Source: Haliotis rubra (lineage: Eukaryota). Taken from it: DNA of 64,000 nt. The DNA is taken from assembly GCF_003918875.1 (NCBI RefSeq), contig NW_025765636.1:682001-746000 (forward strand). The letters are read 5' to 3'. Positions within the stretch are counted from its first letter, which is position 1. Each line of letters opens with the position of its first letter. Position numbers and translations under genes: made by a program. The notes beneath the pieces were generated by a model. The model made no database searches. It had not been told where the DNA came from and was given only the letters and a program-made list of their open reading frames with translations. Positions 49,490 to 63,287 of the stretch are shown piece after piece.

Positions 49490-50890
49490 TAAACCCGTAC
49501 CACTTTAACCAAGTAAGAATAACACCTGTACCACCCGTTAACCAAACAAGGATAAAGCCTGTACCACTCACTTACCAAAACAAGAATAAAAGCTTACCAC
49601 CCGCTAACCAAACAAGGATAAAGCCTGTACCACTCACTTACCAAAACAAGAATAAAACTAGGCAAGAGAAAACCTGTACCAACCACTACCACCCGCTAAC
49701 CAAACAAGGATAAAGCCTGTGTACTCACCCAAACTAAATAACAAGGATAGGCAACTAGGCAAGGAAAAGCTACCCCCACCTGTACCAACTAGTAAAGCCA
49801 AGGAATAAAACCTGTACCACCCACTAACTAGGCAAGAGAAACTAACCAAACAAGCTGTACCACCCACTAACCAAACAAGAATAAAACCTGTACCACTCAC
49901 TAACTAGGCAAGAGAAAAGCTGTACCACCCACTAACCAAACACCACCCACTAACTAGGCACCTGTACCACCCACTAACTAGGCAAGAGAAAAGCTGTACC
50001 ACCCACTAACCAAACAAGACCATAACTAGGCAAGAGAAAAGCTGTACCACTCACTAACTAGGCAAGAGAGGAAAGCCTGTACCACCCACCAACTAGGCAA
50101 GAGAAAAAACCTGTACCACCCACTAACTAGGGGCAAGAGAAAAGCTGTACCACCCACTAACCAGGCAAGAGAAAACCTGTACCACTCACTAACTAGGGCA
50201 AGAAAAGCTAACCGCCCACTAACCAAACAAGGATAAAGCCTGTACCACTCACCTACAGAGGCAAGAGAACATGTACCACTAACTAGGCAAGAGAAAACCT
50301 GTACCACCCACTAACTAGGCAAGATAAAACCTGTACCACCCACTAACTAGGCAAGAGAAAACCTGTACCACCTGTACCACCCACTAACTAGGGCAAGAGA
50401 AAAGCTGTACCACCCACTAACCAAACAAGGATAAACCTGTACCACTAGGGCAAGAGAAAAGCTGTACCACTAACTAACTAGGCAAGAGAAAAGCTGTACC
50501 GCCCACTAACCAAACAAGGATAAAACCTGTACCACTGTAGGCAAGAGAAAAGCTGTACCAATCACTAACTAGACAGGTACCCCACTAAGGCAAGATAAAA
50601 CCTGTACCACCCACTAACTAGGCAAGAGAAAAGCTGTACCACCCACTAACTAAACAGAATAAAACTGTACCACCACTAACTAGGCAAGAGAAAAGCTGTA
50701 CTAACAATAAAACCTGCCAGGAATCAAACTGTACCAATCACTAATTACAAGAATTAAACCTGTACCACCCACTAACTAGGCAGGAATAAAATCTGTACCC
50801 TCCACTACCCATGTAGGGATAGAACAGCGCCATTCTCTACCAAGATAGGAATAGAACAGTACCCTCCATGACCCAAATAGGAATAGAACA
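49490..50890. repeat. Irregular ~32-bp minisatellite
   Basis: Unit CTGTACCACCCACTAACTAGGCAAGAGAAAA(C/G), with many partial units. Confidence 0.9.
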
Positions 50891-51055
50891 GTCCCCCTTT
50901 CTTGAAGCATACAAGAAGTCCTGGGGTGAGCAAACAGAAGCATGAACTGTATGTAGTGAGGAGCGACCACTAGAGTGAGTGAGGGTAATAGTTTCAACGC
51001 CGTTTGAATAGTACTTCAGTTCTATTTACTGAATGTCAGTGTTAGTCAGTATGTC

Positions 51056-51220
51056 TGACTGACTGAGTTTTGTTTTACGCCGCTTTTAGCAATATTCCAG
51101 AAAAACCTGGGCGGGGGACACCAGAAATGGGCTTCACACATTGTACCCATGTGGGGATTCGAACCCGGGTCTTCGGCGTGACGAGCCAACGCTTTAACCA
51201 CTAGGCTACCCCACCGCCCC
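51056..51220 (-). mobile_element. SINE family B
   Basis: Full length; flanking AGTYAGTATGTC duplication. Confidence 0.88.
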
Positions 51221-51314
51221 AGTTAGTATGTCAGTTGAAATGGAAGTTACAAAGTGACAAGAAAGACCCCGCTTACTGATACGACGAAACACATCAGCAC
51301 AGGTATCCTTTCCG

Positions 51315-51525
51315 TGTTTGTTGTTTACCGCGATACTCAGCAATACTCGACAGCAGTCTGTAGATAATCGAGTCTGGACCAGACAATCCGGTGAATGGCA
51401 TCATCAACATCGATCTACACAGTTGGGACAACGTAGATGACATGCACCCACCAAGTCATCGTGTCTTTTACTTATTACGACAAGCACGTTTTGCTGAAAA
51501 CCAATTCTAACCCGAATCTTCACAT
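51315..51525 (-). mobile_element. SINE family A, degenerate
   Basis: Partial homology; approximate ends. Confidence 0.7.
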
Positions 51526-52561
51526 TATAAGAGCATGAATATCAAGATGGCAAGTTAGAGTAAGAACTCAAACCATTCGAGTGAGTGAGTGTTGCGTTAC
51601 GCCGCTTTTAGCAATGTTCCAGCCATTATCACGGCGGGGAACACCTGAAATGGGTCGAACCACTAGAAATGATTATCGATATTCGATATGATGTATAAGA
51701 AAATGATTTCAGAAACATGCTGTGTTAAAGTTAAAGAGTCATGAGGTTATTCCACAGGTTCGAATATAATACGCACTTACCTTGGGTTATATCACATGGG
51801 TGTTGGTAATATAGCATGCGTTGTTTGGTTTAATTTAAATAACACTGTGGAACTCATTTCCTGTTTAGAGAACCCAAATGTTATCTAAAATTATGTTACT
51901 CAAAAAGGGATTTTGACTGGATTCATTTTTTATCAAAGAACAAACAGAAAACTCAACAACAACTAAAAACCAAATAAAAAAACCCTAAAAACCCCCAAAA
52001 GAACCCCCAAAAATCGAGTGTATCAATTTCTTTCAAATTGCAATTTTTATTAAGTCTTCAGCAGTCTCTTAAATATAAATTTAATAAGAAACTCCAACTT
52101 CGTATTGACTTATTTTTAGAAGTAATAACTTCAATGGAATAGTGTAGTGTTGAGAAAGAACCTGACAAATTCAGGCCCTAGCAGAGGCTGGGTTAGTTTT
52201 GGACGGGAACACAGATTGGGTACAAGAACTGAATTGGGGAAGAGATGAGGGCTCAGTGACCCGGTCACCGCGTCACAGGAAGGTGGTTTCAGAGTCAGAG
52301 AGATCCTCAAAGCGATCGTAGCCCTACGTCGTTCGTAAGCGTGCTTCATTTAGGGATTTACATTACCGTTAGGGCTGGGCGGAAGGGAAAGTAATATGTT
52401 CAGGGAGTGAAAGACAGACTAATTGTCAGGGAAAGAGAGGCTTTCGGGCTGGGTTGGGCACCGAGACAACATCATTTCAAGAGAGGCAATTGAGGGCAAG
52501 GGATATAGCAAAATGTTCATGGATAAAGAAACACTGAGCTGGTTCCGGGAAAGTGGGAACC

Positions 52562-55500
52562 GTCCATGAAATACAGTCCTTGACAATATCTGTAGAACAC
52601 AGTCCAAGGCAACATCCACGATACAAAGTCCAAGACAACATTCGTGAGACACAGTCCAAGGCAACATGCAGGAGACACAATCTAAGACAACATTCATGAG
52701 ACACGATCCAATACAACATCCATGAGACACGGTCCAAGACAAAGCCAATGAGACACTGTTTCAGACAATATCCATGAAACACTGAGACAATATCCATGAG
52801 ACACAGTCTGAGAGACAACATCCATGAGACACAGTCCAAGACAGCAACCACGAGACACAGTCCAAGACAACATCCACGATGAACAGTCCAAGGCAGCAAC
52901 CACGAGACACAGTCCAAGACAACATCCACGATGAACAGTCCAAGGCAGCAACCACGAGACACAGTCCAAGACAACATCCACGATGAACAGTCCAAGGCAG
53001 CAACCACGAGACACAGTCCAAGACAACATCCAGGAGACACTGTCCAAGACAACATCCATGAGTCACGGTCTGAGACAACATTCATGAGACACTGTTTGAG
53101 GCAATATCCATGAGACACAGTCCAAGACAAAGTCAATGAGACACGATCCAATACAACATCCATGAGACACGATCCAAGACAAAGCCAATGGGACACTGTT
53201 TCAGACAATATCCATGAAACACTGAGACAATATCCATGAGACACAGTCTGAGAGACAACATCCATGAGACACAGTCCAAGACAGCAACCACGAGACACAG
53301 TCCAAGACAACATCCACGATGCACAGTCCAAGACAGCAACCACGAGACACAGTCCAAGACAACATCCACGATGCACAGTCCAAGACAACATCCATGAGTC
53401 ACGGTCTGAGACAACATTCATGAGACACTGTTTGAGGCAGTATCCATGAGACACAGTCCAAGACAAAGTCAATGAGACACGATCCAATACAACATTCATG
53501 AGACACGATCCAAGACAAAGCCAATGAGACACTGTTTCAGACAATATCCATGAAACACTGAGGCAATATCCATGAGACACAGTCTGAGAGACAACATCCA
53601 TGAGACACAGTCCAAGACAAAGTCAATGAGACACGATCCAATACAACATCCATGAGACACGGTCCAAGACAAAGCCAATGAGACACTGTTTGAGACAATA
53701 TCCATGAGACACCATCCAAGACAACATCCATGAGACACGGTCCAAGACAACATCCATGAGACAATGTTTGAGACAACATCCATGAAACACGGCCTGAGAG
53801 ACAACATCCATGAGACACGGACCAAGACAACACCCGTGAGACACGGTCCAGACAACATCCATGAGACACGGTCCAAGATCCATGAGACATCCAAGACAGA
53901 TCCGTTACACGGTCCAAGACAACATCCATGAGACACGGTCCAAGACAACATCCGTTAAACACGGTCCAAGACAACATCCATGAGACACGGACCAAGACAA
54001 TGATCCGGTCCAACACGGACACGGACCAAGACAACATCCATGAGACACGGTCCAAGACAAGATCCATGAGACACGGTCCAAGACAACATCCATGAAACAC
54101 GGACCAAGACAACATCCATGAGACACGGTCCAAGACAACATCCATGAGACACGGTCCAAGACAACATCCATTAAACACGGTCCAGAGACAACATCCACAG
54201 TGAAACATCCACCAAGACAACATCCATGAGATCCATGAAACGGTCCAAGACAACATCAATGAGACACGGTCCAAGACAACATCCATGAGACACGGTCCAA
54301 GACAACATCCATGAGACACGGTCCAAGGCAAAGTCAATGAGACACGGTCCAAGGCAAAGTCAATGAGACCTTCTTTGAGACAACATTCATGAGCCACTGT
54401 TTGAGACAACATCCACGAAACACAGTCCAAGACAACATCCATGAGACAATGTTTGAGACAACATCCATGAAACACAGTCCAAGACAACATCCATGAGACA
54501 CGGACCAAGACAACATCCGTAAAACACGGTCCAAGACAACATCCATGAGACACGGTCCAAGACAAAGTCAATGAGACCTTCTTTGAGACAACATCCATGA
54601 GCCACTGTTTGAGACAACATCCACGAAACACAGTCCAAGACAACATCCATGAGACAATGTTTGAGACAACATCCATGAAACACGGCCTGAGAGACAACAT
54701 CCATGAGACACGGTCCAAGGCAACATCCATGAGACACGGTCCAAGGCAAAGTCAATGAGACCTTCTTTGAGACAACATCCATGAGCCACTGTTTGAGACA
54801 ACATCCACGAAACACAGTCCAAGACAACATCCATGAGACAATGTTTGAGACAACATCCATGAAACACGGCCTGAGAGACAACATCCATGAAACACGGACC
54901 AAGACAACATCCATGAGACACGGTCCAAGGCAAAGTCAATGAGACCTTCTTTGAGACAACATCCATGAGACACTGTTTGAGACAACATCCACGAAACACA
55001 GTCCAAGACAACATCCATGAGACACGGACCAAGACAACATCCGTAAAACACGGTCCAAGACAACATCCATGAGACACGGTCCAAGACAACATCCATGAGA
55101 CACGGTCCAAGACAACATCCATGAGACACGGACCAAGACAACATCCATGAGACACGGTCCAAGGCAAAGTGAATGAGACCTTCTTTGAGACAACATCCAT
55201 GAGCCACTGTTTGAGACAACATCCACGAAACACAGTCCAAGACAACATCCATGAGACAATGTTTGAGACAACATCCATGAAACACAGTCCAAGACAACAT
55301 CCATGAAACACGGACCAAGACAACATCCGTAAAACACGGTCCAAGACAACATCCATGAGACACGGTCCAAGACAAAGTCAATGAGACCTTCTTTGAGACA
55401 ACATCCATGAGCCACTGTTTGAGACAACATCCACGAAACACAGTCCAAGACAACATCCATGAGACAATGTTTGAGACAACATCCATGAAACACGGCCTGA

Positions 55501-55947
55501 GAGACAACATCCATGAGACACGGTCCAAGGCAAAGTCAATGAGACCTTCTTTGAGACAACATCCATGAGCCACTGTTTGAGACAACATCCACGAAACACA
55601 GTCCAAGACAACATCCATGAGACAATGTTTGAGACAACATCCATGAAACACGGCCTGAGAGACAACATCCATGAAACACGGACCAAGACAACATCCATGA
55701 GACACGGTCCAAGGCAAAGTCAATGAGACCTTCTTTGAGACAACATCCATGAGACACTGTTTGAGACAACATCCACGAAACACAGTCCAAGACAACATCC
55801 ATGAGACAATGTTTGAGACAACATTCATGAAACACGGCCTGAGAGACAACATCCATGAGACACGGTCCAAGACAACATCCATGAGACACTGTTTGAGACA
55901 ATATCCGTGAGACACTGTTTGAGACAACATCCATGAGACACAGTCTG
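52562..55947. repeat. 26-bp satellite (about 130 monomers) with higher-order structure
   Basis: Unit GAGACACGGTCCAAGACAACATCCAT. Confidence 0.95.
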
Positions 55948-58074
55948 TCATAACTTGATGCAGATAATCGTACCGCTTTTACGAGAAATGTGTAGAGAAT
56001 GTCCAGATTCAGTTCTTTTAACAGAGCATATAGTTGTACATGTAGAAAGCAGTTTGTTATCTGCTTTTGTTCAGCACTTTTCCATGAAAAATCAAAAATG
56101 TTTTATGCACCATTCAGGTGTTCCAGTTAAACTCATAAGACATAAAAAATGTCAAAAACTCAAGGATACGTAGTTGAAATTACAATATTATACAATGGGT
56201 GTATAAAATATATATAAAGCTCAAGAAGTATTAATAATTTAGTTTATATGTTCAAACAAGTGTATAGCGTGTCAGCTTCAAGTAGCTATTCACGAAAGTG
56301 TTCAGTACTATGAAAACGCACAGAATACTAGTATATTTATTCTGAATTTTAGCGACGATAATCAATGCTATGTCACTTAAAATTATGATATGAAAGTGAT
56401 TATCAAATGTGAGGCTCAATAGATGCACTGCTAAAATGAGTGTCACTCGTACGCCAAGTTCATCACATTTTATTGTGGCCAACCACGCAAAAAATAACTC
56501 AACAACTCTAAACGTAAACACATCATCAGCTGTCAGTCAAGCGTGACACGAGCAACAGAAAGGTCGCGATGACCACAAAATGCCAAGGTTCTGCTGGGAT
56601 ATCCACCAGCCTCGTTCTCATTTCACCGTGACGTCACACTTCGTCTTTGTCGGGAGAAATTCCCCACATATCGAGAGATTCCCCAGCCTGAAATGGTGTA
56701 TATTTCACGAAATCCTTGTGTTTAGGACAAGATGTGGTAACGTACGATATTTAGACATTATTATCATGGTAACTACCTGACAGACAAGCTCGGCCAAGGC
56801 GGATTTAGCCCTGAGCTGAGTGGAAAATCTCGGGGATGCCACGTAGGAAATCAACAACTCTGTCCGCCTCGCCTCTCAAACGTAAGTAGGCCTAATGTTT
56901 TATGATAATTTTTGAAACCGAGCTTGGCAAATAACGTTGCTGTCATGCATGTGTCTATATATCCTTGCTTTTGAAGTACATGTAGTCTGATATTACACAC
57001 GAGGGGTGGGAGGGTTATCTTTTTCACCTCGTTTTGGGGAAACACCTCCAATATTCGACAGGGGTTACCCTTATTAGTTATGCATTCGCCCGCAACATCC
57101 GTTGGCTAATTCAGTAAAATGGCTTTACTAACAGCTTTGAATCTTAACGTGTGTGTAATGTTCGTATCTCTTTGAATGTAAACGTGTGTTCAGTGTCAAC
57201 AAGCTTTAACTTATGACACATATTCAGCGAAAACATTGCTGTTGCGAGGTGGTAATGGCGTTCTAGATGGAAGAGTCGACATAGCAACGTCGAGGGTGAG
57301 CGGGTTTCATGTGGCTCGTGGATCTATAAATAGCAGAGACAAGCATTCCTGCACAGGTTGTCGCGGGGTGTTCCGCCGAGGTCGCAGCACGAAAACAACA
57401 TATTTATAGACTGCTGAATAGTGGGTAATGGGTCCGCGTTTCGTAAAATCAGCTTAATGTACAACGGTGATATCAAACCTGAAAGTAGGACATGAAAATC
57501 TTAATTGTTAATCTTGACTTAACGTTAATGAGCAGTTTCCAGTGATCAGAAAGGCTAATCGTATGCTTTAAACCGGAATAAGATTGAATATTATCACAAA
57601 ACGATGAGAGAATCTATACCTTTATGGAAAATAATGCAATAAGGAAGTTTTTTGTGAGATTTAACTTATGGAAAACATCTAAATGCAGACATGAACAACG
57701 GTATGAAACACTCCCAATATTTAGAATAGGATATTGTAATTTTATGCAAACAAGGAGACACCGAACGATCTCGTGTTAGCTCTTTCAAGCTAACATGGTA
57801 AAAGGCGACAAACGGGATCGGGTGGTCAGGCTCGCTGACTTGGTTGAGTGCGGCGTAAAACTATATTTACTCACTCTCTCACTCAAGCTAACACAGAAGT
57901 TTCATTTCTTCTAAATGAGTGAGTTGCGTTTTACGCCGCTTTTAGCAGTATTCCAACAATATCACAGCGGAGTTTACCCAGGAGGGGTTTCACGGTCCAC
58001 ACATTACAACCATGTGGGGAATCAAACCCGGGACTCTTGACATGGTTGTTCACTGGGAACCCAAGACCATTTAT

Positions 58075-58618
58075 TTGATGTTCAAGACGGCACTCAGCAA
58101 TATTCCAGCTGTATGGCGGCGGTCAGTAAATAATAAAGTCTAGACCAGACAATCCAGTGGTCAACATCATGAGCATCGATATACGTAGTAAGAATCACAG
58201 GGGCGTGTCACGCTTAGAAACGGCGTTAGAAAGACATATAGGTATATAGATCCTACCCTAGTACTATATAAAAGGATATAAGGCGTGTCACGCTTAGAAA
58301 CAGCGTTAGAAAGACATATAGGTATATAGATCCTACCCTAGTACTATATAAAATGATATATAGTACTAGGGTAGGGTCTATATACCTATATGTCTTTCTA
58401 ACGCTGTTTCTAAGCGTGACACGCCATAGTACTAGGGTAGGATCTATATACCTATATGTCTTTCTAACGCTGTTTCTAAGCGTGACACGCCCCTGTGGTA
58501 AGAATAGGATGACATGTGTCAACCAAGTCAGCGAGCCTGACCACCCGATCCCGTTAGTCGCCTCATACGACAAGCATGTGTTGCTGAAGGTCAGTTCTAA
58601 GCCGGATCTTCACGGGTA
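58075..58618 (-). mobile_element. SINE family A split by a foldback insertion
   Basis: The two halves flank 58196-58497. Confidence 0.8.
58196..58497. mobile_element. Modular foldback element with 8-bp TSD (P/hAT-like termini)
   Basis: CACAGGGG...CCCCTGTG; TSD GTAAGAAT; two direct plus two inverted ~69-bp modules. Confidence 0.85.
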
Positions 58619-59222
58619 CCCAAGACCGAAATGAAATTTAATCTACTGTATACTGATTACTGAAGTCCACACTCTATGCTATTTATCGACTTACTGACTG
58701 AATGTTTGCCGTTACGTAACACCATCACTCATTGTCATGATTATAAGAGAAATCAAATTATATTGTATCTATTTATGCGCAAAGTTAACGGCTGTCAGGA
58801 CCAGTTTATATGATTTGAGGATCTTGACAAGACGTATTCAAATATGAAGTCAACATAGCATGTAGCTTGGGTTTATAAGCACAAGACCTTTCGAAGAGTG
58901 CACGTGAGCAAGTTTGATATTTAGTAATGTTGATTAAATAACGTTTATTTAAATGTAAGTATATTAAATATCCCAAAAGCCTAAATCCAATGTATTTTAT
59001 TGGTGGCGCAGTGGTCCACTCATAAGAGCGCTCTCTCATCACGTCGAAGCACCGGGTTCGATTCCACAGGTTTCATTCCTCGCATGGGTACAATGTATGA
59101 AACCTTTTTCGGTTTCCCCTGTCGTGATGTTGCTATAACGACAGAGGAATCTAGCTTTGGCACTCGGTATTACGCCTATTTTACTCGGCCACTGAGTTCT
59201 GCTGTTACAGTATGCTGTAACA

Positions 59223-59420
59223 TTGGTTGGTTGGTTTGTTGTTTAACGCCGCGGACCAGACAGTCCGGTGATAGACAGCATGATCATTGATTTAAGCAGT
59301 TGGGATACGACGACATGTGTGAGCCAGGTCAGCGACCCTGACAACCCGATCCCGTTAGTCGCCTCTTACGACAAACATGGGTTGTTGAAGACCAATTCTA
59401 ACCCGGACCTTAACGGGTCC
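59223..59420 (-). mobile_element. SINE family A with internal deletion
   Basis: Homologous to 1458-1693. Confidence 0.8.
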
Positions 59421-59422
59421 AT

Positions 59423-59623
59423 TAGACTAAGGCTTAGTCTCTGAATATATATAATTTTGATAGTATAATAAGCCCATTCATATTGAAAAGGAGCCCTAGG
59501 GAGACAGAGATTCAGAACCTGAACCTGAGGAAATCTAGACTTGCTTTATTTAGGGCTTTAGCACTGCAGAGAGGGCTTGGCAGTAGGGAAATTAATGTGG
59601 TTCAGGGACTGTGAGACAGACTA
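59423..59623. mobile_element. AcademH-like non-autonomous element
   Basis: Near-identical to 35435-35632; 9-bp TSD CGGGTCCAT. Confidence 0.8.
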
Positions 59624-60169
59624 CGGGTCCATGGAGATTGGAGGTTCACAGGTCGCCGGTGTATAAGAACAGCCAACGACCATGACTGAAAACGTCATTA
59701 AACAACAAGCAAACAAAATAAAAGCCGGTCTATAATGACTATCGGGCGGCTGTAATGGTTGATGTTGCCATGCAATACGACTTGGGACGTCGGTCGTGCT
59801 GTCGAGCACTTGTTTGTCCTGCATGACTGTTATAAACAGACTGGATTCAGTATTAATCAGCGCGGATAGAGAAACTTACGCCATCGAGTTTACATACACG
59901 TAGCCGTTACATTTAATTAAAGTCTCAGCATATTTACGTAAACGGAAACAATTTGTAATGTCATTATTTGCGGCGATACTCTTCAGCTTGAATACATCAG
60001 ATATTACACGTGTAAATCGATATGCATTAGCAGAGTCATCCGAATGATTCTCCTGATTTTGTTTTTCAACATATCATTGATAAACTGTGTACAGTACACA
60101 ACAATGTGCACTTAAAACAACCCACGAATCCGTTGGTATATGACCAGATGGTGGCCACGTGAATACGTG

Positions 60170-60470
60170 CAAAACCCTAGTTGCGGGTACAGCAACGTGC
60201 AGTAAACACTTGGACAAAGTACTGTGACTATGTGTCCCAGTCCACCCAGCTGTGAATGGGTAACCTCGAAAGGATGGGAAAGCCGCGATAATTCGGTGTG
60301 CCTTGTGGCTGCAAGAGTTGTATTATCCCCAGAGAGTTGAGATTGATAATACGATGTGCCGTTGAGATTGACATCCAGTGATCGAGGGAAAAAATACCAG
60401 CGCCTTGAGCATGTACTTAAGTATTTAGTTGCGTGGATATGTGCGCTATATACGTATCGTATCCTATCTT
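60170..60470 (+). mobile_element. Older CORE-SINE-like element with CR1/L2-type tail (partial copy at about 35200-35300)
   Basis: CAGTCCACCCAGCTGTGAATGGGTA core; AGCGCCTTGAG...GCGCTATATA tail. Confidence 0.6.
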
Positions 60471-62559
60471 AAATGGATTGTACGTCCTCGTCGTAACGTT
60501 CATGTCGGAAAGAGGACAAACTGTTCGAAATGAACAATGTAATACTGCTTGTTTTCGTGTAGAGGACACGGGTAGTGCAGTCGCCTTAGGCACCGCAAAT
60601 AGCTGTGCAGAGTTGTGTCCCTTTGGCTTACCAGGAACCTGTGATAGTGTGTTCAAGTGGGCCGGTTATATTTCTAGGTTTATCAGAACCATACCTGTGC
60701 GCGCTTCACCTAAAGGGTAAACGTCTTAGATGTGCATCACTTAGGGCTTCCCTCTAACATTAGTTGACTTTTGACACGCGATGATACAACTGGACCTATG
60801 TTCAAAATAGTAATAAACTGAATTCACCCACTTTTGGTGGGTCATGTGTGTCTGTTAGTAATGGATTATATACAGTTATCCGGCAAATTGAAATATATGA
60901 AAACAAGAACACTCAAATAATATTGCGTTGATGAAAATCACGTGTTTGTCATTGTAACGTTAAAAAATGTTTAGACTAGACGCAAAATATCATTTCCAGC
61001 TGTTTTCAATGCACTAAAAAACGCATATTTTACCCGTTTATTACATGTGTGTTCTTCGTATATGAATTTGTTTTCACATCGGTGTGATATTAATAATATG
61101 AATATTACTGACTGCCTCGCAGGTAGCGAAGAGCGATTGACGATTGCGAAATAGTTTGCAACAACTGTTGTACCCCCTCCACAAGAAATGAACTGGTCCG
61201 GCAAACTCCCACCTGGCAAGGACCCAAGTCTTCCAGTAGATTAACGTGACCTAAATTTGCGGGATTTCGATCGATTCCTTAGTTGAAACTGAGTTTGATG
61301 AATTTGCACAAACGTTACTGTTTTCAAAACACATATTTGATTAGACCATTGCTAAATTACATTGAATCGATGCCAAATTATTGTCGAATTTCATGAATCA
61401 TAAAAACTGGGCAGTTGTTATTCATGATGTTTTCGCGGCGATCTCGGGACTGCCGGTTACGAGGTTCGAAAGGACACAGGTAAACGTGTGGTTGAATTAG
61501 CGGCGAATTCTTTCAAATATTTACCAACAAAATGACCAAGCGTCACCCTGTTTCATATGAGAATTGCTAATTAACACGCGGAGGAGCACAGTTGATGCGT
61601 ATGTGTCATCGTTCAGTCGCAATCCGAGTGCAGTGTCTGCTGTAAATGAGACTGACCCCATTCGAGCGCTGGGAAACTCAAGTTGTGACGTCATTGTTGC
61701 CTTGGTAGCGGTGTCACATGGGTGTTTCCCCATGAAATGATTTACAAGAGGAAGATGTTTCAAATCAATGTTTTTCAGTGTTGTTTAACATATGTCGACG
61801 GTTAACACAAGCATCATTCATAACACAAAACTTATAGAACAATCTTTGAAGTGAACTTGAATGCGTAAAGATTTTTTGTGAAAAGAATGTCCAAATAGAG
61901 ATCTCTAAGCTTGTGTTGGCATTCAGGTTAGGCCATTGAGAAACATTTTCAGTTTCCTGACTTTTTTTAAAAATCACTGGAAAGGAAGGAAAGGGATTAT
62001 TCATTCATTCGTTCATTTATCAGTAAGACTCATCAACTGAACTTTATAAAATGATATAATCTGGCCAAATGTTGACATGACCTTTCACTTATAAGTCGCT
62101 ATTATTAATGCAACATATGTCACAGATAAAAATTACATATGCAGGTATATTCTAGATCTGTTCAAACCGCAATTTTTCTGCAGCAAATGTCAGTACAAGT
62201 TTCTAAATTGTAAACTGAAATTTGGTGTTTAGTTTCAACTCTTGTTGTGAAAATCATATTTTGTAAATTTCCCAGAAATTGGTCCAATATGATCTCGCCA
62301 ATATAATCTGAATATAACACTATTGCATTCAACAAAATATTTTAAGAAAAAACTGAATATAGAAAAAACTAGTTCTTTAATTGCTTGATGAGAATACATG
62401 GTTGGGACTCCTAGATAAATCCCTGACATGGCACTTATTTCAAAGTCTGGAAATTATCTGCTCATCAATATCAGTCCCTATCAAAAGTATCAGAATCTCC
62501 ACAGCAACATCAGTTTCTGAAGCAGTCGGGATAGTGTGTACTTTCAAATGGGCACGACC

Positions 62560-62705
62560 CAGTGGTTAAAGCGTCGCTCGTCACGCTGAAGACCCGAGTT
62601 CGATTCCCCAATGTGTGAAGCCCATTCCTTGCATCTCCTGCTGTGATATTGCTTGAATATTTCTAAAAGCGGAGTAAAAAATGAACACCCTCCCTCACTG
62701 ACTTG
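62560..62705 (+). mobile_element. SINE family B, degenerate
   Basis: Homology; approximate ends. Confidence 0.7.
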
Positions 62706-63148
62706 CTCAAATGGACACATTAGTCACACACCTGTATGTTTACCATTATAAAGTCACAACAATACCAGGAAGGACAATAACAACATGCAGACAAATCCAT
62801 CAATCCATTCTTCAAATCTGGCATTAGATTAACCGGTGTCAACAAACAGATCTGTAATTTCTGTAATTTTCAATCCATAACAGGCCCTTTTCAACACTGC
62901 AGATTTGATTTACGTCACTTTTACAGGGGTGAAAATAACCCATTGCCGAGTGTTTTTTTCTTTTGGGCTAGCAAATTTGTATATCACACTGTACCGGTAT
63001 CCAGTTGACTTTCCAACGTTAATTATGTTGTTTATTTAAAAAATCAACAAGAAACGTCCGTATAGTGGGAAAATTATCAGCGCCAGTGATTGTACATGTG
63101 CCACTGTACCGAAGTACACTAGCAATTTTAAAGTTATTTCCACCCCTG

Positions 63149-63287
63149 CTTTTAGCAATTTTCCAGCAATATCACGGCAGGGTGACACCAGAAATGGGCT
63201 TCACACATTGTACCCATGTGGGGAATCGAACCCGGGTCTTCTGTGTGACAAACAAATGCTTTAACCACTAGGCTACCCCACCACCCT
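63149..63287 (-). mobile_element. SINE family B, tail truncated
   Basis: Homology to 20288-20459. Confidence 0.8.

Noticed and set aside
52419-55951. Many long Cys/Trp-rich ORFs
   Set aside because: They are translations of a 26-bp satellite in all three minus frames.
56525-56620. Minus-strand signal-peptide-like short ORF (MRTRLVDIPAEPWHFVVIATFLLLVSRLTDS)
   Set aside because: It stops after 31 codons with no donor site or downstream exon.
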